Below are positions 12,672 to 23,798 of a DNA stretch of 64,000 bases, piece by piece (positions within the stretch are counted from its first letter, which is position 1; each line of letters begins with the position of its first letter). Source of the stretch: Eledone cirrhosa (taxonomy: Eukaryota); contig OZ024743.1 in NCBI GenBank assembly GCA_964016885.1, forward strand, positions 11,718,001-11,782,000, read 5' to 3'. Made by a program: the position numbers and the translations under genes. The notes below the pieces were generated by a model, which saw nothing but the letters and a program-made list of their open reading frames with translations, was not told where the DNA came from and did not search any database.

Positions 12672-12785
12672 TTGCCAAGGTTAACTTTGCCTTTCATCCT
12701 TTCGGGGTCGATAAAATAAAGCACCAGTAATGTACTAGGTAATTGCTGGCCTTGTGCCAAAAGTAGAAACAATTATTATTATTAT
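12672..12785 (+). mobile_element. Truncated SINE with (ATT)n tail; related minus-strand copy at ~63785-63885
   Basis: actttgcctttcatcctttcggggtcgataaa...accag...aattgctggccttgtgc..aaagtagaaac. I recognise this motif from octopus SINEs from memory; not verified by search. Confidence 0.65.
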
Positions 12786-13398
12786 TGTCGTTGCTATTAT
12801 TATTACATGGCATAATATTATTTTTCTGCTAAACTGGTGACTATTAAATGTCTGCTATATAGTTGATCTCGATGAAATAACGACAGGTAACATTGTAAAA
12901 CGAACAGTGTTTACTTGAGCCGTCTTCAGTTAATACCGACATGTTTTTAAATAGTTAATTAAAAACGAAGACTTGTCTTTGAAGTATGATAGAGTTATCT
13001 CCATTAAACAACATCAAGAATTTGTAACCAAATCGCTCAAATCACATCCTAGTCCATAAAAAGTGAGACACATGAGGCGATGCTGTAGTGGTTAAACTAT
13101 AGCTGAAAAGATGTTTGATAATAAATCTACTCAATTAGGTCTAATCCGAATCGAAACATTAACTGAGGATAATAGGCCTAGTCTAACACTACTCTTCTAT
13201 AAAAGCCATGCCTTGTGTATTATCCTCACATCCATACGCACTGATGAATTGACTGGTTGTAAACAAAGTATTGGAGATCGATTGACGCAACATCAAGCGA
13301 TTAGCGAGCTCTAGACCTACCAGATCAACGAAACAATTGTCAGCACTGTGAATAAAGCCCTTATTGTACAGCCAACCCCATGTTACACTTCTTTCTTG

Positions 13399-13450
<52 letters not shown>

Positions 13451-13452
<2 letters not shown>

Positions 13453-14319
13453 AACTTGCTCCTGTAGAATCAAAAGTGAATGCCCATTACAAGGTAAATG
13501 CAACACCAAAGCCATTGTATATGCGGCTAAAGTGACAACCATCAGCAACAACCATCCAGTCACCAGTGAACGATATGTGGGTATGACGCAAGACAGATTC
13601 AAAACGCGTTATTACTCACATGTCGCATCCTTTCGACATCCAGAAAAAAGATTTACAACAGCTCTGGCTAGCAGAATCTGGGATTTGAAAGACCAAGGCA
13701 TCCAATATAAACTAGATTGGTCAATTTTGAACCAATCTAAAAAATATGCTAGAGGAACAAGAAAATGCACACTCTGCATAAATGAAAAATTTTGGATATT
13801 GCAAAATCTTAAATCACCAAAGACCTGCCTGAACACAAAGACGGAAATTTTTACCAGTTGCCCACACATGAAATCACACCTGCTTTCCAGCTCATATAAA
13901 CTTAACACACTTTCAGATACTTATCCTCCATAAACTCTTATTATTCTCTTTTTAATTACCCTTTCTGACTTACTTTCATTCTTATCCTTGTCAATAATTT
14001 CATTTATTTTCACTTTTATTTATTTTTACTTCACCCCCCCCCCCCCTTTATTCTCCGATCCACTTCCTATTTTCTATTTTTTACTTCCCTTTCTTTTACT
14101 TCCCTTTTCCTCCACTAACTGATTATACTTGTCTTTTGTGTTTTTCAATCCAGATATATTTTTCATTTTTATTTTTATTTTATTTTTGCGCAGCCTATCT
14201 TACAATTTTATACTTGTACTTATTTATACACATTTCAATATGGCTGAACGCCTTAATGTGTGTATACTTTTTATATATGTACATGAGTGACTACGTATGT
14301 GCGCGCGCGTGCGTGTATG

Positions 14320-14350
<31 letters not shown>

Positions 14351-15227
14351 GTGCGCGTATGTATGTGTGTGTGTATAGGTGTTTGTGTGTGTGTGTATGT
14401 ATATATTATGCGTATGTGTAGTTGTCTTTATATCCGTGTTTTTGACTTTTCGTTTTTATGTTTTTGTTCCTTTTTTCTTCTCCCCCCCCTCCCTCTTTTG
14501 TTACTTACTCAGTTTCATACGTGGGCATGCAAATAGGTTTATATGCGCTAGTATAAGTATGTGTGTGTGTGTGTGTATGTACGTATCGAACGTATGGAAG
14601 TGTAATTGCGCGTGTGTATATAAGCATAATTATTTTTACATTTCTTTTGTGAGACACGCGTGTCTGTGTATGTATGTACCCCCCCCCTTTTTTTTGTTTT
14701 CTTTAATTTTTTCTTTCTAATTTATCGTTACTATATTTTTATAAATATAGTAAGACCGATACTTTTCTTTTAAATATTATACACTCTTTACCTCCTTTCT
14801 TTCCGCATCTAAGTGTACGAGTGTCCAGGCGTTTTTATGCGCGCGACTTTATATTCTTATATTTACGATGTAACCATTTCTGTCTGTATAATACAGACAT
14901 ATAGATACACTTGCCCTAAATTTTTATAATTACGCACACTTTCTAACTATACATTTACATGTGCACATATACATATATGCACATCTATGAGCGTATATAC
15001 ATACACATACACACACCTAACTATTTTTCTTGATAGATTTTTATATATTTCAATTTCTATTTCATTTATCTATATATTTTTTGGATTTTCTTGATGTGTT
15101 TTTCTAAGTATTTGCCCATGTTTTATTTTGCCTCGTCTGACGAACGAATGAAGTCGTTTATTTCGTATTCGCCTCATTCGGGAAACCTCTGGTAATGAGG
15201 TAATAATATTGTATTGATTTTATACAT
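13451..15227 (+). mobile_element. 5'-truncated Penelope-like element: C-terminal GIY-YIG endonuclease plus 3' UTR, between (TA)n tracts
   Basis: Open frame from 13451 to the stop at 13933: QTCSCRIKSECPLQGKC...AIVY...YVGMT...FKTRYYSH...KCTLCINEK...CLN...EIFTSCPH. (TA)n at 13402-13450 and 15228-15245; hammerhead motif near the 3' end. Confidence 0.88.
15128..15203 (+). ncRNA. Type I hammerhead ribozyme motif in the Penelope-like 3' region
   Basis: Stem I ttgcctcgt/atgaggtaa; core CTGACGA (15137-15143); stem II cgaatga/tcattcg; GAAA (15182-15185); stem III acc-tct-ggt; cleavage triplet GUA (15192-15194). The first stem II pair is a non-canonical A.G. Confidence 0.75.
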
Positions 15228-15614
15228 TATATATATATATATATAGTAAAATGACGGAGTAAAGGGCTCGCGTATAATCCTGTAATCAAATGAGCTCAAA
15301 GGAAAGAGTTTCCCTGGGCACTTTAAAATACAATATATAGAAGGGAAAAAACACAGGAGAGTGTGTTCTTTCATTTACAGGATGTTAAACCACCAGCGTG
15401 AAGGGAATATAAGCTAAGAGACGTATAGGAAAAACATTATAATTAAAAGTATAAATTAAAATGAGAAACCAACCTCATAACTAAGTCACACATGTACAAA
15501 CTCACTGGGAGATTGTTTCGCCATATAGTGGGTTCCAATTCGGCTTAGTGGGTCATCAGCATGTGTAAAGACCGATATTGTCCGCACTACTAAAGAGAGA
15601 GCTATAGTAAACAA

Positions 15615-15901
15615 CCATGCTCTATCAGACATCTGCGTACAGCATGTGAACGAGCTAAACGAACCCTATCAAGCAATACAGAAGCTTCAGTAGAACTGGA
15701 TTCTCTCTATGAAGGCATTGATTTTTACTCGAAGATTACAATAACAGTCTAGCAGAAACAGATGAATTTACCTACAAACTGCAGGAAGCACAGAAATTCT
15801 GCTCTCCAATAATGTCGAAACTACACACATCATCTAATTCTAACAAAAATAATTCTACATCACAACCAACCAGTGGACCAACCATAGAAGAAATGGATTA
15901 A
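15615..15901 (+). pseudogene. hsp70: Hsp70 pseudogene fragment at the 5' edge of the array
   Basis: Matches gene copy 1 ~21615-21739, joined to 22587 onward (about 847 bp missing, 'ac' microhomology), ending ...EEMD-stop and followed by the 3' UTR; no 5' end or promoter. Confidence 0.93.
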
Positions 15902-16329
15902 GACATTTATTCGCTCATATACTTTTTCTAAAATACTGTAATATATCTGTAACTGTATAGTGTACTGTTCTCACATCTCACACAATATCACATTACATGA
16001 TTCTTGAAGATATTCTGGTTAATATCTTTTCAACAACGTCGTGTACTCTCATTATTTATTTTATATATAATATATTGTAAACAACTTCGAAACCTCATAT
16101 TATTTTTATATTTATTATAAACAATAAATTATATTTTCTTTTCCAACACTTTCGATGTTATCTTATTTTTGCTTATTCTTTGTTACATCTAAATGTTGCT
16201 ATTGTTATGTCATGCCCGGCCGCTTCCTTTTCGTACTGGTCCCCGTCGACCTCTCATGTGTCCTTAAATCTACATTTAAAGAATCTGAAAGCAAAAGGTT
16301 CGGCAACGTTATATGTCTTGATCACCAGA

Positions 16330-16856
16330 ACCGTGAGGTGTCCCAAATAGCAAAGCATTGTTCTAGTGTGAACAAGGATGTTGAGTGAAAATATGTCTGA
16401 GATAACTCAGGTGCAGGATCAGTTGCTCCGAAGAAAATGCTGGGACCTGGCATTATAAGAGGTTGATGAATCTGGAGAATAGGTGGAAACAAGAGACATC
16501 ATCCGCAGTTGACTAAATAGAGAGACCAACTGTCTATATTGACAGTTACAGGACCAAAGAAGCAATCAGAGAAAACATGTAAAAGCAGCTGGAGTGTTAG
16601 ATATATTTTCTTAGATGCTAAAATCTTCTGTTGAAGTTGGAGAAGAGTATTCTTACCAATAATCAATTAGGTAATACATGTGTTGTCATACCCAACAGCT
16701 GGTGTAACAGCATAATCTATAATTGCTACAGGGGAAAATGTGATGCTCTAGAAATGAGTAACTATAGAGGCCTAAACCTGGTGAGCAAAGTAATGGAAGT
16801 GATGGAGTGATAGCCTAACAAATTAGAGAGAGAGAGAGAGCGGGGGGAGGCGGGGT

Positions 16857-16901
<45 letters not shown>

Positions 16902-17708
16902 TATCAAATTTGATGAGATGCAATTTGGTTTTATACCAAGAAGGAGCACAACAGATATTTCCGAACTTGTGAGAGAATTACCGGAATAACACATAGTGAT
17001 GTTAACGTATCTATAACTTGCTTTGTTGATGGTAGCTGTTTATCATTTTTTGATATCTGCCTTTTATTATAGTCCTCAATACCATAACAGGTCAGTTTAT
17101 GGCCGGGTCACATATAAAAATCTTTAAGCTGGTGACCCACTTCTTATTGATGAATCTATGAAAGAGCTACAGAAAAGTCCCTATAGTAGAAACTGAACTT
17201 AGAGTCAGAGTAAACAAAGCAACAATTCAATGCTGCAGTTAGTAAGAAAGAAGACATGGCTCCGGAGCCATTAGGGAACTGGCTATGTTTTATATGTAGA
17301 ACATATGTAGATGTGAACTCTAACGAATGTACATAATGTAAAACATTGGTAGATAAGGGATGCAGTAGGGTTCTGGGCAGACAAACAGAAAATGTAGAGG
17401 ATTTACATGAATAATTATTTGTAAGAGACTGGGTGTAATAAACTTTCTTTAAACCATGTATGGACATATGAAGCGTATAGATGTAGATTGTGTGTGGAAT
17501 AGTGTTGGGTGTTCGAAGTAAAAGGAAGAAGTAGTAGACGGTCAAGGAAGACTGGACAGAAGATTTAGAGAGGTCTCAAAACGCAGAACGTGACAGAGGA
17601 GATGACGTGGGAATGTATTAGGTGAGAGGAAGTTGTATGGGAAAGGCATATCCCATCCTGGCAAGATTAGAGAATAGGACATAAATATATGATGATGATG
17701 ATGATGAT
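16330..17708 (+). mobile_element. Decayed RTE-like LINE relic in the array spacer, split by a (GA)n microsatellite; repeated at ~23.2, 30.8, 38.4, 46.0 and 53.5 kb
   Basis: Residual RT peptides CYRGKCDALEMSNYRGLNLVSKVMEV and KFDEMQFGFIPRRSTTDI; ends in a (GAT)n tail. Confidence 0.75.
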
Positions 17709-18370
17709 GGTGTGTGTATCTGTGTGCGTGTATATCATATGTAGTAACAAAATATATCGGCCCTGTATATAAACATAAGCGAGAAGAAACACATCTCTCC
17801 GCGAGGAAATTACTTGGTATATTTCTCTGGCACTGTACATCAGACACTCCATTATCACCCCGGTCATCAGAAATAGACTAAAATAGTACATTTTAAAAAA
17901 TTTGATGCTTATCTTCAAAATTTGCGCCTAATAAAAATTCTACTTTAGTTTTTCGTGTTTTTTATGTCTTCGGTGTTGTCAACCTCCAAAATGACAAAGT
18001 TTCCATCAATAACAAACCATCATATTTTATCCAGTAAAACATGTGTTGTGCAATTCCTTCATTTAAAAAAATGTTATGATATTAGGGAGATTTGACTGCT
18101 ATGTCTAGCGAGTCTGCACAGGTTCACATCTTGACATAATTATGATTTTATCGGCTGAAAAGGGAAATCATTTTGTTTATGAAACTGAGCTACGAATGTG
18201 TTAGGAAACTATGAAGTGATATAAAGGTGTCACCTTCGTCAGCGAGCGCGAAATTTTCAGTGAATGGGTTGATGTTCAGTGAATGGGTCTTTGCAAGTAA
18301 ACATGTATATACGTCACACCTGATACAATACAGAGTTCTTTGTGTATTGTCATAACTTCGATGAAAGTTA

Positions 18371-18413
18371 TCTATATATATATGTAAAACTGAGGGTGTG
18401 TGTGTGTGTGTGT

Positions 18414-18500
<87 letters not shown>

Positions 18501-18970
18501 TGTGTGTGTATGTGTGTGTGTCTATGAGTTTGATGCCTAAAACTCGAGAAGTAACCAAGGGAATTTTTTTCAGACTTTACATGTGTATTACTTATGTTTC
18601 AGGGAGTGTTATGCACATAAATTTAACCTTTTGATTCCCTACGGCCCGCATCAGGTGAAATACTGCGTTTTTTTTTCAGCATTTTAGGGTTGTTTTGAGG
18701 CGTTACGTCTGACCGATTTTTCCGAAATATCAAGGCATATTATGCACATAAAAAAAATTCATTTTCTTGATCCCTTAGGGCCCGTATTAGGTGAAAACCT
18801 GCATTTTCCCTTCTTCATCGAGGAAAATCTTAAAGGCTATCCAGCCATCAGAGTATTCGGTTTATTTTCTTTACATATTGTCCAGACAGGCAGTTTTTCC
18901 ACGATTAGGTCTGTTGGCGGCCCGCGTTCCAAAATACCTTATCCCGTGCAACGTCGGGTACCACTGCTAG
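18371..18970 (+). mobile_element. Non-autonomous Helitron-like element; copies at 26032-26589, 33632-34195, 41184-41755 and 48763-49332
   Basis: 5' A|TCTATATATA start, internal (GT)n, 3' imperfect GC hairpin CCCGTGCAACGTCGGG (18943-18958) followed by CTAG|T; no target-site duplication. Confidence 0.75.
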
Positions 18971-19479
18971 TATTTAATAAATTAGTAACATAGAGGCTTT
19001 GTGTTATTGTGGTTTATATATTTCATTTTCTATGTGATCAAGGTAAATCACTTACCCAGGGAACCATCACAAGACCATCATCATCATAATCAGCACTGTT
19101 ATACACTTACTGGTACACCCGCTTTCTCTGTTCACACTATATCAGGCACATCAAACTTCTTTTGCCTACACTCTACACAACAGTGACCACATCACTGAGC
19201 ACTTCACAAGTGAGTACAGACACAACAACCGAATCAACACCACAACACCACCAACCATCATAGCACCATATTTGCTATAATTGGTAATGAGGGCCGCCAC
19301 AGTCATTGATTCTTTCGCTCCTTCCTACATTCTGGGTGCTACATTAAATGTGAGGGCCACTGTTTCCCTAGCCGAACGGAATAAAAGACTAAAATACTGG
19401 CAATTATCGATATTATTTCCAGGTTGTGGCGTTGGAGACGTTTGGGGGTAACTGAACCGCTGGCAACAGAGCTCGTTTC

Positions 19480-19605
19480 ATAGTTTACGGCTAGCTTTAC
19501 CATGGAATCAGGTGTCGTCCACCGGGCTGCTCCCTTATTCCACCACCTTAACCCCGCTCCCACACGCAGTAAAGCTGCTAGTGTGTTGGCTTGCCTCAAA
19601 TGGTA
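19480..19605 (+). mobile_element. CRE-like retroelement 3' relic, present in each array unit
   Basis: gctgctagtgtgttggcttgcctcaaa (AASVLACLK) matches the C-terminus of the 4457 element. Confidence 0.5.
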
Positions 19606-20460
19606 TACGAGGGATGATCTGGTACCCATTATTGTGTGAGATCGATTTCCACACTTAGTGTTGATTTAATATTTTCTTTCGTTTTGAGTCCATATTTTCA
19701 TGTGAAATATTTAATTAAGTAATAGTGACATACCTGTAGCGAGGAAAATTTTTTCACGGTTGATTTTCCGAAAACTGCGGCCACCTGGGCATTGACCTAT
19801 GACCTGCGTGATATCACTTTCGTCTATGAAAGAATCTCGACGTCCAATTAAACATTTCTAAGTAACGAACCATCGTTAAAAAGATTAGCTGGGAATTCGG
19901 CTTGTCCAGTCTGCAAAGTTTCGCCTCTTTTCTCTGCAGGAAAAATTCGCTTATTACGAGATTTCACCATGAAACATTTTGTTTTGACAAATCCTTGCAT
20001 ATTTAAAAAATATATACATTTTTTCCCGCCAACGATGTAGAAGTAACCGTTCCACGTACACAGAGATAGATTTAATAACTCTATCCTATTGTACATTATC
20101 AATTGTATTTTTTGTGAAGTAAAGCTATTAATTAAATAAGTATTTTGATACCTGTCGTGTTTACATTTTCTCCGAACTTACCACAACAAATGGACTTCGC
20201 TTCATATATGTGTAACGGGGAATATTGACAGCTATGTCATTTGTATTTTTATTTCAATCTATCTATATTGTCAACATACTTGTTAGAGAAAAAAACTTTG
20301 CTATTATGTGATGTTATGTACATCGTTTATTTTGATATAATTTCACGAGCTACATTATCATAGTTTTAGGACAATGTTTTCACTGAACAGGTTATATTTA
20401 CTTAAATCTTCATATTTTCGAGCAACTATTCTATCGAAATTGATATTTTCAGCTGAAAGA

Positions 20461-20597
20461 AGTAATGGAACTATGTAGAGGTATCTAGAAAATTCGAGAA
20501 ACATGTAGATCATTACAGAATGTTGCAGAAATGGCTGGAAAATACTAGCGATGACGTCAAACTAGGAGGAAGAGGAGGTAACTCTCCAGTATAAATA
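20461..20597 (+). promoter_or_regulatory. Hsp70 copy 1 promoter: HSE array, CRE, TATA
   Basis: Perfect HSE aGAAaaTTCgaGAAa (20487-20501) within eight 10-bp-phased GAN units; TGACGTCA at 20552-20559; TATAAATA at 20590-20597. Confidence 0.88.
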
Positions 20598-20840
20598 TTT
20601 GAATCGCTTAGCTTGTCACTCAATATCTACACTAACAACTGCTGTAAACAACACGAGAAAGGAATCTTACTCGCGAAATATTTCTTCAACTTATACATTC
20701 TACGAAGCAAAAGTTATCTACATATCTTCGAGTTATATAACAGAAATACAAACTAACAACAAGAAAAGATAATCAAGAAGAAAGAAGTCGAACAAGCTAT
20801 TTATTTACATATTTGAAGAAGAGTACATAAATTAAGAATA

Positions 20841-22748
20841 ATGGTGAAAACGCCTGCTATTGGTATCGATCTGGGAACAACCTATTCTTGTGTAGGTGTG
20901 TTTCAACATGGCAAAGTAGAAATCATTGCCAACGACCAAGGAAACAGGACAACTCCAAGCTACGTGGCTTTCACGGAGGCCGAAAGACTGGTGGGCGATG
21001 CAGCGAAAAACCAAGCGACCCTCAACCCCGAGAACACTGTGTTTGATGCTAAACGTTTAATTGGACGCCACTTTAACGATACTTCCGTACAACAAGACAT
21101 GAAGCATTGGCCATTCGGAGTGGTGAACAAAAATGGTAACAAACCACATGTGCAAGTGGAGTACAAGGGAGAGCAAAAGCAGTTTTCGCCCGAAGAGATT
21201 AGTTCGATGGTATTGAGTAAAATGAAGGAGACAGCCGAGTCTTACCTGGGTTGTGAAGTTAAAGACGCAGTAGTAACAGTACCAGCTTACTTTAACGACT
21301 CTCAAAGACAGGCAACGAAAGATGCAGCCAGTATAGCTGGTCTGAATGTGTTGAGAATTGTGAACGAACCAACGGCCGGCGCGCTCGCTTACGGTCTCGA
21401 GAAAAACTTATCTGGTGAGAAGAACGTTCTAATCTTTGACTTGGGTGGTGGTACATTCGACGTTTCCATCTTGGCAATTGATCAGGGATCTCTTTTCGAG
21501 GTGAAAGCTACAGCTGGTGACACACATCTGGGTGGAGAAGACTTCGATAACCGGCTCGTTGATCACTTTGCCGACGAATTCAAACGTAAACACAAGAAAC
21601 ATATCAAAGAAAATCCACGTTCTATCAGACGTCTGCGTACAGCATGCGAACGAGCCAAACGAACCCTATCGAGCAGTACAGAAGCTTCAGTAGAACTGGA
21701 TTCTCTCTATGAAGGCATTGATTTTTACTCGAAGATTACCAGAGCACGCTTCGAGGATCTTTGCAGTGACCTCTTCCGATCCACTTTAGAACCAGTTGAG
21801 AAAGCACTGCGAGACGCCAAGTTTGATAAATCGAGCATTCATGACATTGTGTTGGTCGGTGGATCAACACGCATTCCAAAGATCCAGAAATTACTTCAGG
21901 ACTTCATGCAAGGAAAGCCGATCAACAAATCTATCAATCCAGACGAAGCTGTTGCCTACGGAGCTGCCGTACAAGCTGCAGTTCTCTCTGGAGACATGAG
22001 TGATTCCATCAAAGACGTACTACTTGTAGATGTAGCGCCTTTGTCGCTTGGAATAGAAACGGCTGGTGGTGTGATGACTAAACTTATCGAGCGTAACAGC
22101 AGAATCCCGTGTAAAACATCCGATGTATTCACTACCTATTCAGATAACCAGCCGGGTGTGTCTATTCAGGTATTCGAAGGAGAAAGAGCAATGACAAAAG
22201 ACAACAACTGCCTCGGACGTTTCGAATTGAGTGGCATTCCACCAGCTCCTAGAGGTGTACCTCAAATAGAAGTCTCTTTTGATATGGATGCCAATGGAAT
22301 ACTTAACGTTTCTGCTGTTGACAAAAGTACCGGCAAAAGCAACAAAATTACCATCACCAACGACAAAGGACGTTTGAGCAAAGAGGAAATCGAAAGAATG
22401 ATCAATGAAGCTAAACAATACGAGGCAGAAGACGAAAAACAACGACAACGTATTGCAGCTAAGAATCAGTTGGAACAATACATATTCAACGTGAAACAAG
22501 CACTCAATACAGACAACGATAAACTATCCGAGCAAGTTAAAAATCAGGCTCTTGATATGTGTAACAAAACGTTAGATTGGATAGACAATAACAGTCTAGC
22601 AGAAACAGATGAATTTACCTACAAACTGCAGGAAGCACAGAAATTCTGCTCTCCAATAATGTCGAAACTACACACATCATCTAATTCTAACAAAAATAAT
22701 TCCACATCACAACCAACCAGTGGACCAACGATTGAAGAAATCGACTAA
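20841..22748 (+). CDS. hsp70: Inducible-type cytosolic Hsp70, copy 1 (A212, C-terminus EEID)
   Basis: 635-aa intronless ORF with Hsp70 signatures [22 protein letters not shown] and [15 protein letters not shown], cytosolic RARFEDL, GSLFEV serine insertion, and no GGMP repeats. Confidence 0.99.
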   Translation: MVKTPAIGIDLGTTYSCVGVFQHGKVEIIANDQGNRTTPSYVAFTEAERLVGDAAKNQATLNPENTVFDAKRLIGRHFNDTSVQQDMKHWPFGVVNKNGNKPHVQVEYKGEQKQFSPEEISSMVLSKMKETAESYLGCEVKDAVVTVPAYFNDSQRQATKDAASIAGLNVLRIVNEPTAGALAYGLEKNLSGEKNVLIFDLGGGTFDVSILAIDQGSLFEVKATAGDTHLGGEDFDNRLVDHFADEFKRKHKKHIKENPRSIRRLRTACERAKRTLSSSTEASVELDSLYEGIDFYSKITRARFEDLCSDLFRSTLEPVEKALRDAKFDKSSIHDIVLVGGSTRIPKIQKLLQDFMQGKPINKSINPDEAVAYGAAVQAAVLSGDMSDSIKDVLLVDVAPLSLGIETAGGVMTKLIERNSRIPCKTSDVFTTYSDNQPGVSIQVFEGERAMTKDNNCLGRFELSGIPPAPRGVPQIEVSFDMDANGILNVSAVDKSTGKSNKITITNDKGRLSKEEIERMINEAKQYEAEDEKQRQRIAAKNQLEQYIFNVKQALNTDNDKLSEQVKNQALDMCNKTLDWIDNNSLAETDEFTYKLQEAQKFCSPIMSKLHTSSNSNKNNSTSQPTSGPTIEEID

Positions 22749-22969
22749 GACATTTATTCACTGATAAACTTTTTCTAAAATACTGTAATATATCTGTAAC
22801 TGTATAGTCTACTGTTCTCACATCTCACACAATATCACATTACATGATTCTTGAAGATATTCTGGTTAATATCTTTTCAACAACGTCGTGTACTCTCATT
22901 ATTTATTTTATATATAATATATTGTAAACAACTTCGAAACCTCATATTATTTTTATATTTATTATAAAC

Positions 22970-22975
22970 AATAAA
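22970..22975 (+). terminator. Poly(A) signal of Hsp70 copy 1; equivalents at 30589, 38172, 45755 and 53332
   Basis: AATAAA ~220 bp after the stop, followed by T/GT-rich sequence; ATTTA motifs upstream in the 3' UTR. Confidence 0.7.
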
Positions 22976-23710
22976 TTATATTTTCTTTTCCAACACTTTC
23001 GATGTTATCTTATTTTTGCTTATTCTTTGTTACATCTAAATGTTGCTATTGTTATGTCATGCCCGGCCGCTTCCTTTTCGTACTGGTCCCCGTCGACCTC
23101 TCATGTGTCCTTAAATCTACATTTAAAGAATCTGAAAGCAAAAGGTTCGGCAACGTTCTATGTCTTGATCACCAGAACCGTGAGGTGTCCCAAATAGCAA
23201 AGCATTGTTCTAGTGTGAACAAGGATGTTGAGTGAAAATATGTCTGAGATAACTCAGGTGCAGGATCAGTTGCTCCGAAGAAAATGCTGGGACTGGGCAT
23301 TATAAGAGGTTGATGAATCTGGAGAATAGGTGGAAACAAGAGACATCATCCGCAGTTGACTAAATAGAGAGACCAACTGTCTATATTGACAGTTACAGGA
23401 CCAAAGAAGCAATCAGAGAAAACATGTAAAAGCAGCTGGAGTGTTAGATATATTTTCTTAGATGCTAAAATCTTCTGTTGAGGTTGGAGTCGAGTATTCT
23501 TACCAATAATCAATTAGGTAATACATCTGTTGTCATACCCAACAGCTGGTGTAACAGCATAATCTATAATTGCTACAGGGGAAAATGTGATGCTCTAGAA
23601 ATGAGTAACTATAGAGGCCTAAACCTGGTGAGCAAAGTAATGGAAGTGATGGAGTGATAGCCTAACTATTTAGAGAGAGAAAGAGAGAGAGAGAGAGATT
23701 GTGTGTGAGA

Positions 23711-23798
<88 letters not shown>

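Noticed and set aside
13451-13933. Selenoprotein-type (Naiad) Penelope element
   Set aside because: No in-frame TGA in the fragment, and the endonuclease is C-terminal, whereas Naiads have an N-terminal endonuclease.
14136-14720. ORFs rich in C/V/Y/I, also at 18190-18634, 54024-54272 and 59548-59978
   Set aside because: Translations of (GT)n, (TA)n, (GA)n and (CAT)n microsatellites.
16155-20102. Short ORFs recurring in every unit (77, 129, ~100, 83, 61, 96 and 84 aa) as possible co-amplified genes
   Set aside because: Recurrence only reflects unit identity. They lie in or antisense to TE relics and microsatellites, and some are broken by unit-specific indels.
20832-22499. Antisense and alternative-frame ORFs overlapping Hsp70
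   Set aside because: Short shadow ORFs with no independent signals; there is no long antisense ORF.
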